A stretch of DNA of 63,999 nucleotides, filler included, from Dirinaria sp. TL-2023a (GCA_051941275.1; 21 parts of 21 records of this genome joined end to end with filler, not necessarily neighbours in it), one strand, 5' to 3'. Shown: positions 12,091-25,239, counted from the whole stretch's first letter. The notes: generated by a model from the sequence alone, not told the origin. Numbers and translations are program-made.

Positions 12091-12756
12091 TCATCTATTG
12101 ACTAGGAGAATCACACATACGAGCAAGTTGAGTGACCTCAGTAGTCATTCAAGGTAAAGTCAGAAAGTTCCTCGTGCATGACAGAGATAATTGTGGAAGG
12201 AATATCTATTACGAGCAAAGTCATTTCTTCACAAACGCTTCCTTCATTTAAAAACGTCTTTCTTTTCACAAACACTTGGTTGAGTCATTGATCCCTAAAC
12301 CTATTCCCAAACCCCTTTCCTTCATTCTTATTGTAATAATCAGTCACATTCCTCCCTTTNNNNNNNNNNNNNNNNNNNNNNNNNNNNNNNNNNNNNNNNN
12401 NNNTTAATTAATTAANNNNNNNNNNNNNNNNNNNNNNNNNNNNNNNNNNNNNNNNNNNNTTATTGAACAGTGTAGGCTAGGATTTGGATTTTTTGGGGAG
12501 AGAGGGGAGGGATGTGTTGAGATCTTATTCTTGGGTCAGTCTTGGGGAGAGAGAGGTGGTTGTGTGAATTGACTAAGCGTATGTATGGGTTTTTGCTGTT
12601 TGATATGTGGATTACAATCAATACGCATAATTGTGTGGCACTAGATTCACGTTTCTTCGAGTGAGAGGGTTGATATAGTAGCATTCTGATAAGCAATCGT
12701 TAAAGCTTTGCAATCGCTAAAGATAAAAAGGCACTCTGCAACAACAACAACAAACA

Positions 12757-13602
12757 TCAAGAGCTACTGCCTGGCCCCGCCTGCATGGGCAACTTTTGCG
12801 GCGCGATGATATAACTCGGGTATCCCACATTGACCTGCGAGCCCGTGCCGTTAGCGCTCGGCAGATCCACGATATTCACCGCCACGAGATTCGACACGCC
12901 GTAGAAATCATCGATATCTGGCTGCGTGACGCACAGGCTCATCATGCTGCCGTAGATACCCTGCTCGCACCGCGTCACATCCGGCACGGGCGCGCTCCCG
13001 TTGTACGCCGGGGACCAGTAACCCACTGCGCAGCCCGGCCCGCCGATCGAGGACCAGACCCATTTACCCTTGGGAGAATAGCGGCTGTTGATTTTGCGGC
13101 AGACGTCGACGATGGAGACGTTGCAGCTTTTGGTGTTCAGCGCGCTTTTGTCCTCCGTCGAGTTCATGCACACGGCGCCGTAGTACGCCGGCTCGTCGCT
13201 CTGGTAGACGTAGCTGGGGTCGACGCCGAGTTCCGAGGTCAGGTTCGTGGCCCCCTGGTCGCATGTGGGGAATGTATCTGGACCCTGGACTTTGGGTCCG
13301 CATGGGTCGGTCTCGCGCGGAAGGTCACTGACGTAGGTGCCGCTGCCCAGCACGTCCGCCGGCTCGCTGATCGTCACCACTTCGCCGGTGGTCGCGCCGT
13401 TGCTGTTGATATACTCGACGGAAAACTCGACGATGGTGCCTTTCGCTGATGCGGATTGTTTGGGTGATGGGGGGTCCGAAAGCTTCGCAGCTTGGCGGCG
13501 ATGTAGACCAGTTTCAATGGGCGAAGGAGGCGCGGTGGGTGGTGGGAAGGCACTGGCCAAGCCTGCGATGCATGGCAGCAGTATCCCGAGTATCAGAAGC
13601 AT
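12757..13602 (-). CDS. Secreted Cys-containing hypothetical protein
   Basis: Signal peptide MLLILGILLPCIAGLASA; LHRR-Q dibasic site; GC3-rich codon usage; C-terminal domain with CNVSIVDVC...GKWVWS...GCAVGYWSP. Confidence 0.75.
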   Translation of the reverse strand: MLLILGILLPCIAGLASAFPPPTAPPSPIETGLHRRQAAKLSDPPSPKQSASAKGTIVEFSVEYINSNGATTGEVVTISEPADVLGSGTYVSDLPRETDPCGPKVQGPDTFPTCDQGATNLTSELGVDPSYVYQSDEPAYYGAVCMNSTEDKSALNTKSCNVSIVDVCRKINSRYSPKGKWVWSSIGGPGCAVGYWSPAYNGSAPVPDVTRCEQGIYGSMMSLCVTQPDIDDFYGVSNLVAVNIVDLPSANGTGSQVNVGYPSYIIAPQKLPMQAGPGSSS

Positions 13603-15025
13603 TGCGAGAGTCACACTGCTCGGTGAGCCGATGCTTCAGGTCCTTAACCGATGGATTCGAGGAATGTTCGTGCTTGCGATTGAGACATTGGCAGGAACAG
13701 TCGAAACCGCAGAATATGGAAATACTTTATATCGCTAGAGACTTGGCGCGAATAGTATTCAGCGCAAGTATGAGCATTATTGGAAACGATCCGCCACGAG
13801 TATGCGCCGATGCGCTTAAAGCGCAGTGCCGAACCGTCTTGCTATAACATGTCGCGGCTCCAAATAGAAAATGGGGAACTCATGAGATCTATGAGAGAAG
13901 TTTGCAGAATTGCAAAATGGTCTACGTCTTGTGGAGGTAAACATAGTGAGTGCCGCGAGTATCGCTACAACTCAAAGAGAGAGACACTGGATAAACCTAC
14001 GAAACTCGTCCCATTCCGCTTTCTAGACAGACTGAGCGCTACAAAGAAGACTTGAGATGATTACGCGGCCTCTTTCGCACGGCCGGTCGCATCTGGAAGA
14101 ACTCCCAGCTTAGAAGCAGGCGTCATGAGAATTTTCGCCGTGGGAGCGTCGAAGCCTTGGTCATACATACAGTATATTTCTCCAACTGCGCAACAACGCA
14201 GACGATACTAGACGAGTGAACCTTTGCCTCACCAAGATACCAATCTCAAATTGGACGTACATGAGTCTCGCCTGATCCGTCACCAGATTCAAGTATGGGA
14301 CAAACTCAGAAGACGGTCAAATCCTCTGTATCAGATGTCATTGCACCGCGAACTGTACTCTCAATCGAGAGTTCCGGGGTCCTGGTCACGGTAAGGGCGA
14401 CAGAACTCGTGATGACCATGAAAGCAATAATGCAGATCCGAGCAACAATTGAAGTGGTGCTAGATCAAGTACTCCGTACTCCAACTCTCCCTGATCTTAA
14501 GCGTGAGTGAAAACCTTGGCGCTTCCGCTCTAGCGGCTTGGCGCCTCTCTAAGTCTGGTCAACGGTCTTGTTGAGTCTCTGTGTACTAATCGCACCCATG
14601 CCTTGTTGCTATCGCTATGATGCGTATCGGACTGGGATCTCTTCTGATTTGTTGCCAATCGTTGAATAATATCCCCCTTCAGACTTTCTATTTGTCCGAG
14701 GAAAGCTGTAATGTACAGAGAATGTGAGGTGCAAACCATCATATTCACTCCCAAAGCACAGCCCACAAAGTAACGTTGACTTTGTGCTGAACTCAGTAGT
14801 CCGTTACCATTCAGGCATCCAGCTTGTGGCATGGCTCTAGGTCAGAGCGGTATAGTGTAGTCCTGAGCCATGATACTGATAGGTTACCGCCCTATCGGAC
14901 TTTTACTATTCTTAGAAAGGCTGCACGTCAGGCAACGAGGCTGAAAGACCGACAAGAACAGAACTTGACTTCGCTTTCAATTTCTCCAAGATCAGCAAAG
15001 CAACGCCATCATTTCAAGTCCCAGA

Positions 15026-15466
15026 ATGGAAGGCTTGGCCACTGCAGCCAGTGTCGCCGGAGTCATCCAGCTGGTTGGCAGCGTGAGAAAGCTCTATGAA
15101 TTCTGGGACTCCATCAAGGATGCGCCAGAGGAGATCCGTGCCATTGCGCTCGACTTAAGACTGCTCTTGAGCGTCTTGGCTGAGATTGCTTCCGACGCAC
15201 AACATGCTGAGCCCGACCAGACACTAGAAGCGGTGATGGAGGCATGTCACTTCAAAGTCAAGGCGCTGAACGCCATCGTCAACGAGATAGAGCCCAACCT
15301 CGTGTCTTCTAGTAGTCTCGTAAAGAAATGGGCAGCTGTGAAGGGCGTTTTGAAAGCTAAGAAGATCAACAAATTCCGAGATTCTTTGGGGGAGTTGAAG
15401 ATTACGTTGATGCTAGAGCGGCAAACTCAGAACGAGTAAGTTCCATGCATCACTTCATTATGCTAG
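15026..15466 (+). CDS. HeLo-like/SesA-type N-terminal domain of a fungal NLR/STAND-like protein (partial)
   Basis: MEGLATAASVAGVIQL...KLYEFWDSIKDAPEEI...KKWAAVKGVL; GTAAGT donor near 15436; remainder cut by contig end. Confidence 0.7.
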
Positions 15467-15673
15467 NNNNNNNNNNNNNNNNNNNNNNNNNNNNNNNNNN
15501 NNNNNNNNNNTTAATTAATTAANNNNNNNNNNNNNNNNNNNNNNNNNNNNNNNNNNNNNNNNNNNNATGCGAGCCATTCCAGAGCGCTAGAGCCATAAAG
15601 ACCAAAGATTGAATGTCCCCAATCTTGTCCCTATGAGCTGCGCGCGATCGCAACCTCCATACAGGGTATCCCA

Positions 15674-18562
15674 ATGCCATCGGAGAGCGACAAGCCTCCG
15701 GTAAAACTGTCATTACCTCTAGTAAGAAGCCTTGAACGTACTTGTGCAACACTTATACTGATTACTTTGGCAGGAGTACCAGCAAGGTGAATTCGCGACC
15801 ACATTGCCCTTAGACCACGCGCTGATGATTTAGACCTCTTTTCCGAGCTCCGATCTGAAGATGAGCTCGTCGTACTCGCCCGCGGGTTGGGGCTTATCCG
15901 TGTCGTTACCAACCTTCTCCACTCCTACGATGTTATTGGGAATAATCTGATCGTTTTGGTTGGGGCTGATGACCGGGAAAATGGCTGGATTGGCGAAGGT
16001 TTGTGCTACAATATTCTCGGTGAGGTGCAGAGCTGACATAAATCAGCTCTCGCGGAGCATGCTGCGCTCAGCAGGGCGCCCAAAGCGCGCGGCCTCAGCC
16101 AAGTCAATACGGATGCTATGAGTGTGGCAACAAGGTAGCATTAGAAGCTGGCGGTAGGGCCAAGCGTGCTGATAGTCCTAGGGAGAAGATGTATTCTCAA
16201 GGCGGTATATTTAGTATAACCTCCAGAATTTTGGTTGTGGACCTTCTATCCAGTACGGATACCCTCCTATACCTGGACGTGGGAACTTGGCTGATAAGCT
16301 AGAGCTACTGAACCCGGAGACGGTTACTGGCTTGGTGGTACTTCATTCCGAGAGGTATGTCTTCCCAAACTTTTATTGAGCAAGCTTTAATCGACACTCA
16401 GAATTGTCGCAACCTCTACCGAAGCCTTCATTATACGTATCTTCCGGCAGATGAACAAAGTTGGCTTTCTGAAAGCTTTTTCGGACAATCCTGAACCTTT
16501 CACTTCAGGCTTTGCCCCCTTGTCATCAATGATGCGCAATCTCTTCCTTCGTAAACCGTCCTTGTGGCCTCGATTTCACGTCACTGTAGCGAAGTCGCTG
16601 GAGGGGCGAAAAAAGGCCGAGGTCATCGAGCTTGAGGTACCCATGACCGACAGCATGAAAGATATTCAGAATGCTGTCCTAGAGTGCGTGGAAGTCAGTA
16701 TCAGTGAATTGAGAAAGGCAGGAACAGGAATAGAATTGGATGACTGGACGTTGGATAGTGCGTTACATAAGAGTTTTGATGTCATTGTTCGGAGGCAGCT
16801 CGATCCTATCTGGCATCGGGTGAGCTATAGGACCCGGCAAATCGTCAATGATCTCACAGTTCTGCGCAGTATTCTCCAGTAGGGATTGCTTGAGAGATTA
16901 AGAGACCGTGGCTGATCACCTCCCTAGTGCACTTTTGACTTACGATGCAGTATCATTGAATAAGTATCTCGACACTATCCTGGCTGCGCATCAACCTCCA
17001 CCTGGTTCTAATCGCCAAAATCAATCCCCTTGGCTATTTCTTGATGCAGCAAATACCATCTTTGAGACCGCAAAGCGAAGAGTCTACACCGGGAAACCAA
17101 TGGAAGGCGAAAAACTTACGGCGCCGGAAGCCTTACCGGAGTCGCTACGACCTGTTCTAGAAGAGCAGCCAAAATGGTCTCTTCTTGCGGAGGTCCTGGA
17201 TGAAATCGAACGCGACAGTTACTTCAATCCCGTCCTTCAGGACGACTCCAATGGCACCATCCTGATCATGTGTTCTGACCAAAACACATGCCGACAGCTG
17301 CGAGAGTACGTACAAAACATGCATGTGCATCCGGCGCCTTTAGCTGAGGGGGAAGGTGAAGATGATGGCGAATTGGAGACGAAGCCATCCGCCACATTCA
17401 TGATGCGCAGAAAGCTACGAGAATATTTGGAGTGGAAGAAGAGTTTCGCACGGGTCAGCGCGTCAATTTTCACCGAAAACCAGAAGGCGCTCAATGGCTA
17501 CAAAGACCAGTCTGGTGTTAATGTATATCGTGGCAAAGGCCCTCCAAATAAGCGACGAAGAGTGCGTGGTGGCTCGGCGTCAGCAGCTGGCGGAGGCCGA
17601 CCTGTCAACGGTAATGTGCAGGTGGCGGAAGACAAAGCTTCTGAAATCGCCAGCATGATAGCAGAGATCCAGCCGACCGACTTGGACGGGGCTCACAAGG
17701 CAGAAATAGCCGTCGACTCACTCGATGATATGGAGGATTACTTTGAGCTCTACGAGATGAATGATGTGATAGTCGTTCACCCCTATGACGGAGACATGGA
17801 CGAGCACGTGCTTGAAGAAATCCGACCCCGATACGTTATAATGTATGAACCCGACGCAGCCTTCATACGGCGGATCGAGGTGTATCGGAGTTCGCACGAC
17901 AACCGCAATGTCCGGGTATACTTCATGTACTACGGCGGCTCTGTTGAAGAGCAGCGCTATCTCAGCGCCGTAAGAAAAGAGAAGGATGCCTTTACCAGAT
18001 TAATCAAAGAGAAAGGCGTACGTACATGCGTATCCTTTTATTGGCACTTTTGAATAACGTTCTCCAGAATATGTCCGTAACCATCACATTAGACGGCAAA
18101 GGCGCCGATGACCCGCAAGAGCAATTCCTACGAACGGTCAACACCCGTATCGCCGGCGGCGGCCGCTTAGCAGCCACGGCCGAACCTCCTCGGGTGGTAG
18201 TCGATGTTCGGGAGTTCCGCTCCTCCCTCCCGTCCCTCCTCCACGGGCACTCGATGCAAGTCATCCCCTGCATGCTGACAGTCGGGGACTACGTGCTCAC
18301 ACCACATATATGCATCGAGCGGAAATCGGTGCGCGACCTGATCGCCTCCTTCAAAAACGGCCGCCTGTTCACCCAGGCCGAAACCATGCTCCAGCACTAC
18401 AAAAGCCCAATGCTACTGATCGAATTCGACCAACACAAATCCTTCACCCTGGACCCGTTCGCCGACGCCTCCTCTTCCTCCTCCTCACTCCCTACCGCCG
18501 CGGACCTACAATCCAAAATCGGGCTCCTGACCCGCGCCGTCCCGCGCCTCAAAGTAATCTGG
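15674..18562 (+). CDS. RAD1: DNA repair endonuclease XPF (S. cerevisiae Rad1 / S. pombe Rad16), multi-exon, 3'-truncated
   Basis: Exon 1 MPSESDKPPVKLSLPL, 13-nt micro-exon EYQQ (15774-15786), ELVVLARGLG, GFLKAFSDNP, RVYFMYYGGSVEEQRYL; ERCC4 nuclease VVVDVREFRS...GDYVL...CIERKS. Confidence 0.95.
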
Positions 18563-20450
18563 NNNNNNNNNNNNNNNNNNNNNNNNNNNNNNNNNNNNNN
18601 NNNNNNTTAATTAATTAANNNNNNNNNNNNNNNNNNNNNNNNNNNNNNNNNNNNNNNNNNNNGATACGGGCACTGAGATTGGATACAGCTATGGGGGTCA
18701 AAAGGCGACGGGTGAGGAAGCAGATGCTGATTAGAATCCCAAGTCGAAAGGCGCAGAGATCCTGCCTACTTGTAAGTACAATTTCGAAGCAATTGCGATG
18801 TCAATCCGCGTATCAGCGGGAGCGTCTGTCGGGCCGTTCCGTGACCGCGTAAGGTAGCGCTGGGAAGTCTCACAATGGCATGATCATGGTCGGGATACAG
18901 TTGGAAAAAACTGTGCTTGATTACGATCTGGTAATGGTTCGAATGCTGAGGCTAGGGGTGCAATATGCTCTCTGAGTGGCTGCCGGCTTGTGAAGCCTGA
19001 TCCCACGGAAGAAGCAATGACAAAAGGCAAGGGAATCGCCTTATAAACCTGCCCTTTGCCTTCTACTTCCTACCGTAAATCCGTGTTCCCATCTACATTA
19101 TGAAGTGCAAGGGGCCATCATGCTCTGAACTTCTATCGAGATTCAGCAATTGTAATCAGGCGATCCAGTGCGACTGGTATGAGAGTGGCTGGACGTTGGA
19201 GAATCAGCTAAGTTTATAGAGATTGTCTCACATATGCGAAGTTCCGGTTTGTTGATTGATCTGCAAGGCTTCCCTCCCTTTCACTCTTTGGAACGAGCGA
19301 TGTTTCACCTAAAAATTTGACTCCGGGATCGAATGGCTTTTTCGTGCGGAGTTTGATCTTTATACGATGTGGTGATTCGGATTTGGACTCTGTGGGTTGC
19401 ATCCTCTTTCTTGCCTCTGTGTTGATATCTGTCCGAGTCTTCTTGTTGACGTCTTCGCGAGTCTCGCGCGGATATCTTGTAGTCTATTTCGTTATTAGAT
19501 GTCCATACGAACAGAATGCATGGATCGATCTACATTTGCTTCCTGACGTGGCTGGATCTTTCGTCGTGTATTTCAAGGCTGTTCATCAATGCTTGCGCCC
19601 TCGCTGAGAATGTCCTCTCAGCCATGGATTCAAAGTCTCTGGGAAAAGATAACATGGCTTCGAGACCTCATTGCCTGTCGTAGCTTGGGCTATTCTTGGA
19701 CTCTTACGTGCTCGACGATAGCCTTTTCCCAGCTATGTATCCAAAGTCTGGAAATGGACAAGAAGGCTTCCGAGATCTTATCGCGCATCGAGGCAGACCC
19801 CCAGGCTTCCCCGCCGAAACTGTGAGCTTTAAAGCGGTCATTGTTTCCCCATCAGTCTACATTTAATTCCTGAGGTGCCTGGATCTTTTCGTACTATCTA
19901 ACGCTATTCTCAATGCTTGTGCGCTGGATGATAAGAATAACCTAGCCACGAACCCAGATTCTCTGTAAAGGGGCAAGAAGGATTTCGAGATCTCCCCGCT
20001 TATCGAGGCATAGGCTTTCAGGCTTTCAGGCTTTTCAACACAGTCATCGCTTCCCCGTAACACAAAGCAGCGTAACTCATTGCCCTTTGCATATCAAGAT
20101 CGTGAATAAGGTGTCGGCCGGGTGAGGGATAAAGGCTTTACAGACCTACTTCGCTCTTCGTATTGCGCCTAATCCGAGGGAATGATCCATGATCCTTGAT
20201 CTTCTGGCATGAATCGTTAGGCGCGAGCATCGTAAATTTGATCCAGTCGCATTAGTAGCACGGGGTAGTCGACATTCGAAGTGGTTGGCCGTAAGCGCTT
20301 GAGATAGGGGAGTATCCTGGATGCAGCAAGATGATGAACACCCGCGAGTACATAGCATGATTGAAGCTCCAATCGTTGCGTTTTGATCGAATATCCATCA
20401 AATATTTGTAAATCTTCCATCAAGCGTCTGCTTCCATCCGAAGCCAGAAG

Positions 20451-21651
20451 ATGACGTCCTCTTGGCACGGCCTCAAAATTTTTCTCTCCCACTCCCAGCC
20501 CACTTCAACCTCGAGCCATTGTCACGCATCTTCTTTGAGCATACCAAAGGTGTTCTTGTCGTCTCGTTATCCACAAAATCTTTTAAGCTCACTGAAAATG
20601 TCGATAATAATGTTGGACTGGCGAGAGCGGCCCCCCAAACATCAAATCATCAGCCAGATACACAGCAAGCTGCTCGAACTCGACCACGTTGGTAAAACCG
20701 TGATTGAAATTGCAGAGACGACCAACAACAAAGCGCTCGCGGTTGAGGATTATGATGGCGATAGGATGTGGGCCCGCCGAACGTGTGGATCGACGCGGAA
20801 TATCATGAACCAGGAAGCGCATTTGTGCAAGTTCGTGGCCATAGGCATTGAAGTAGGTGCAATTCCGTCCAGTTTCTGGCCAGAGATCCCATATCATAGC
20901 TGGATTCGTCCATAAGTGTACGGGGAGAATGGTTCAAGTGTCGACTGCCAGTACAATAATAATATGGAGATGATATTGTGTGATAACGTATGATCTAGAT
21001 TGCTACCATTGTCCAGGCGGAGGAGCCTAAAAAAATGCGGAAACTCCAATATCTGTTAGAGTCGAAGGAGCTCTCAGCGAAGCTGATTAAACGCCTATTT
21101 AATGACTGGGCCGTAACTCTGGGTGTTCATCCGTGGGCACTTGGGGTCCATACCCAAGACGGTGGCAACGTTTCGGTGCCGCAAGGGATCAAGATCACTT
21201 GCAATGTTGCTACAAACGTGTTCCGCAGTATGCGATGAGCCAGAAGTCTTCAGACGATGACGCTGATAGAGAATAGACGAGTCGAGGAACCACGGCCTCA
21301 CTGGTCGAGAGGTTATGGTGCTAGCGCTCATCAACTCCATATGCATCAAATTTAGACAGGGTTTCCGCCTACGGGCTGTGGTAGTCACCGAACACCGCAA
21401 TATTGACTTCACGACAGCAGAAGTCGCACAGCATATTGAGGACGTAGTCTTCGTGCAGACGGGGGGGTACCCAACACGGAACGTGAAGGAGTTTTTGAAT
21501 TTGTTGTGCAGTCATCGGATGCTGAAGAAAATTCCTTTCCTCTATTCCTCAGACCACGATCCCCATGGTCACCACATCTTCGCTGGGCTGAAGTACGGAT
21601 CTAAAGCCAGTGCCTGGTGTTCCCAAAGTCAAATATGTCCAAGGCTCGAAT
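20451..21651 (+). CDS. Divergent Spo11/topoisomerase VI-A-like protein (partial; 5' end uncertain, possibly a pseudogene)
   Basis: Introns 20853-20998 and 21228-21276 join three ORFs in frame: winged-helix segment KKMRKLQY...DWAVTLGVHPWALGV and TOPRIM segment VVVTEHR...TGGYPT...DHDPHG...LKYGSKA. Confidence 0.65.
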
Positions 21652-22176
21652 NNNNNNNNNNNNNNNNNNNNNNNNNNNNNNNNNNNNNNNNNNNNTTAAT
21701 TAATTAANNNNNNNNNNNNNNNNNNNNNNNNNNNNNNNNNNNNNNNNNNNNTATATATATATATATATAATTTTCTCAGTACACTGATCCTACCTACTTC
21801 CTTCATAAGTAAGTGCGCAAAACTCCAAGCGTTTTGACATCCCCGTTCGTTACATGTAGCTTGGGCCACTGACAATTATCAACTCTAACAGGATCTGGTA
21901 TTCCACATGAGTTGGAAAAAAAAAAACATTATCATTATTAGATCAGATATTTTAAAATCAGTACTCATATTACATGTTTCGAAAAGATCGAATACTCAGC
22001 TCTTAGTTTTATTACGAAAAATCTACTTGATATATTAGAATAAAATGTGGGTTGGATAAAATGAAAATATACTTTTTTTTTTCTTCTTTTTTTTTTTGGA
22101 TTGGATCTCTGCTGAAAGATCAATGTCGAGGTGCCCGTTGTTGATGAGGGGTATTTATTTGTACTGCATGGAATGC

Positions 22177-22208
22177 CACACACACACACACACACATACA
22201 CACACACA
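22177..22208 (+). repeat. (CA)n microsatellite
   Basis: cacacacacacacacacacatacacacacaca downstream of VPS33. Confidence 0.9.
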
Positions 22209-22447
22209 AAAAAACTACTTGAATGATGCTTGCATGCATGTAGGGGATCTACTTCTCTGAGGGAGCAAAACTTCACGGAGTAGGGAGTAGGTAGGATATG
22301 ATGCATGAAATAAATCAACTCCCGATTTTCGTTGAGCATTAAGATGTAAGATGAGAGAGAAGTTGAAAGCTGGCAGGCAGTTAGGCAGGCAGGCTGGGTT
22401 GGTTGTCGATGAAGCAAGCATAATCTTTAGACAAGTCTCATCTCGCT

Positions 22448-24738
22448 TCAACCCTTCCCAAAATCGCCCTTCTCCACCGCCGCCCCCACCATCTGATTCC
22501 CGTTCAGCACATCGGTGGTACAGATCAAGATGCGCCGCCTCTCCTCCTCCTGCTTGGCCACGAACCTTAGCGCCGCGATCTCCGTGTACGTGACCCCGCC
22601 CACGAACATCACCATCACCGTCTTCTTCTTGTTGCCCGCCCCCTGCTGGTGGCCCGTGAGCATATGCCGCGCCTTGACCGCCTGCTCCGAGGAGGCGGAG
22701 TCTGCTTTCTGCGCTTTGGTGAAGGTGTCGCCTTTGACGTTTTTGAGGACGTCTTCGAAGCCCGACCAGCCGTGCGCCGCCGAGGAAGGGTTGGGCGGCG
22801 GCGCAAGGGAGGAGAGGTATGGTTTTTGCAGCACGCACTGCACGAGCCGGATCGAGAGCGGGGCGTACATGCTGTACACGTACGCGATGTCGTCCGGCTC
22901 CTGCTCGTTCACTTCGTCGAGGATCAGGCGCAGCGGGCGGCGGATGGCCGCGTAGTTGGTTCCAGCGGCTGATGGCGTGGCGGCGGCGGTGCCGAGGAAC
23001 GCGTTACCCGTTCGGGATTGCAGGAGTTGCATCTTTTCGAGGGCGGATAGGGTCAGGAGGTGTTGGTAGCCGTAGGCGTGCAGGATCTGACGCTTGAAAT
23101 TGTCGAGGTCCTTTTGGCGCAGGCCTCCGGAGACGCATGATTCAAGGCATAGGAGCCGAAGGACGGTGAGGAGAGGCGCGTCTCGCGAGATGAGTTCCTC
23201 TATAGCGTCGTGCTGGGAGGAGGGGTCTGCTCCTGCAACCAAGTTCTGCTGGACTTCTAGCACGCGGCTGAAGATGTCGGAGTGCAAGGTTTGCTTTTCG
23301 ATGTCTTGGGCAAGGCCGACTTGAATCTTGAGGCTCTGTTGCTCGGATTGGTATGCTGGAAGTTTGTTGACAAAGTCACGTAGTTCAGAGGTGCTTTTGG
23401 CAACATGCCGGCTTTCATAGTCGCTTTGCAACCGTTTTGCGAATTTGTTGAGAAGCCGACTTCCTGTGGCGAAATTCGTGTCGCGGAGCTGAGCATACAA
23501 TTTATCGGAAGAGTCGAGCTGGATCTTACGCTTGCGGCTTTGCTGTGCATCAGGCGTCGTGTTCTGCTGGGACCCAGGCACAGGACCGACGATGGACGTG
23601 TTAATGTCCGCTTGGTTATACTGGATCCCGAAGAGCTCGTCTATCAGCCCCTCGTATGTCAACTGTGTGAGCAGTGGTGTGGAAAGGTCGACGTCTCGAT
23701 CAATGATGATTAAGCTCTCAATAGAGGCGCTTGGGATCATTCCTAACTGCGAGCGGCTGACATCGGTCGCCTCATCTGCAGAGGCCTCCGATCGCATGCG
23801 GAACAGCAAATCCATAAGACGACGAGCATGGTCGCCTTTGCCGATTATACGTGGAAAGAGCCCATACTTTTGCTGAATTTGCATAAGGCCTTGAGCTGCC
23901 AGGAATATCGATGTCGGATCCTTTCGCTATATGATTTTAGAAAGGTACTTCTGTCCTAAAAGATGACAAAGACATACTAGGAGTAAATCTCCGAAGGAGT
24001 CCTCAAGCGCCAAGGACAAGACATCCTGCTCAAGGGGAATGAAGTACAGAGATAGCGCCTCCACGCTGACATCGCCAAGGACTCCTGCTTCTTCGAGAAT
24101 CTTGTTGCAAACCAAGGTCCGCCGAGGGACCCAGATTACAGAGAACTCATGTTCGTTGCTACGATTCTTCTGCAGGCGCTTGATCTGGTCTACGTGAGGT
24201 GATGTCAGCAGGAAATGATGGCGTTGAGACTATAAATTCAAAGAGTAGTACGCTATAGAGCATGCTGTATCCAGTGATTGGATGATCTAGGGATCAAGAC
24301 TGACTCAGTAGAGTAGATGATTTTCTACGTAATCTACTTTTATGTCCCATTTAATGTGTCTGGACAAGATTGAATGCCCCAATCTTTGCAATGCAGGAAG
24401 AAGGTGAAGAAAATTGTTCAAGCTCAAAAATAAATGACAGCCATTGATCGGAAATAATCCTACGTACATACCAGCAACTGCTATGGCTTGACTGGCTTTC
24501 TCTCCACGAGCAAGGAAAATGATATTCTTCTGAGACGAGTCGACATTGTCGTTCTCCAGAAAGAATACTTTGTCAACGCCATATTCTTGGAGAGTGGAGA
24601 ACTTGATGAAGAGGCCGATTGGACCAGCCAATGATTTCTCAATCACTAGATTCTTCTTTCCACGGACCTGCATGGTTTAGCCTTGCGTGGACGGTGAATT
24701 CAGATAATGGAGTTTGCCTTACATACGCCGTGTAACAG
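22448..24738 (-). CDS. VPS33: Vacuolar protein sorting Sec1/Munc18-family protein Vps33 (5'-truncated, multi-exon)
   Basis: VRGKKNLVIEKSLAGPIGLFIKFSTLQEYGVDK; IIIDRDVD...LLTQLTYEGLIDE; DIAYVYSMYAPLSIRLVQ; VMFVGGVTYTEIAALRF. Confidence 0.95.
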
Positions 24739-25239
24739 NNNNNNNNNNNNNNNNNNNNNNNNNNNNNNNNNNNNNNNNNNNNTTAATTAATTAANNNNNN
24801 NNNNNNNNNNNNNNNNNNNNNNNNNNNNNNNNNNNNNNGTAATAGGAGGTGTAGGGGGGGGAGGATGGGAGATGAAGAGATGGGAGTGGAAATTCGGGAA
24901 CGCGATTTGTCGCGATTACATATTGGGCGTTGTGGGGAAGGATATGTATGGCATTGGTGAGGAGTAAGAGGGGTTCTAGGGTTTGATATTCAGGTATGGG
25001 GGTTGAAAGCTCGAGATTGTGCTGTGGAAGCTTTATGGCGCTGATTTATATATTTGGCAGAGAGATGGGAGCGCAAAGCACGGTCGATACTCTTCTAGCT
25101 AGTCTAACAACAAGCAATACCTGTGCAGCTCCGAAAGCACGAAAACAAATATGTCCTTCAAAAATGTGCGATATCAAGCGACGAATGGGAGCCATACGAT
25201 GAGACAAATGGAAAGAGCTGTCATATAGTCGTAGCAATC

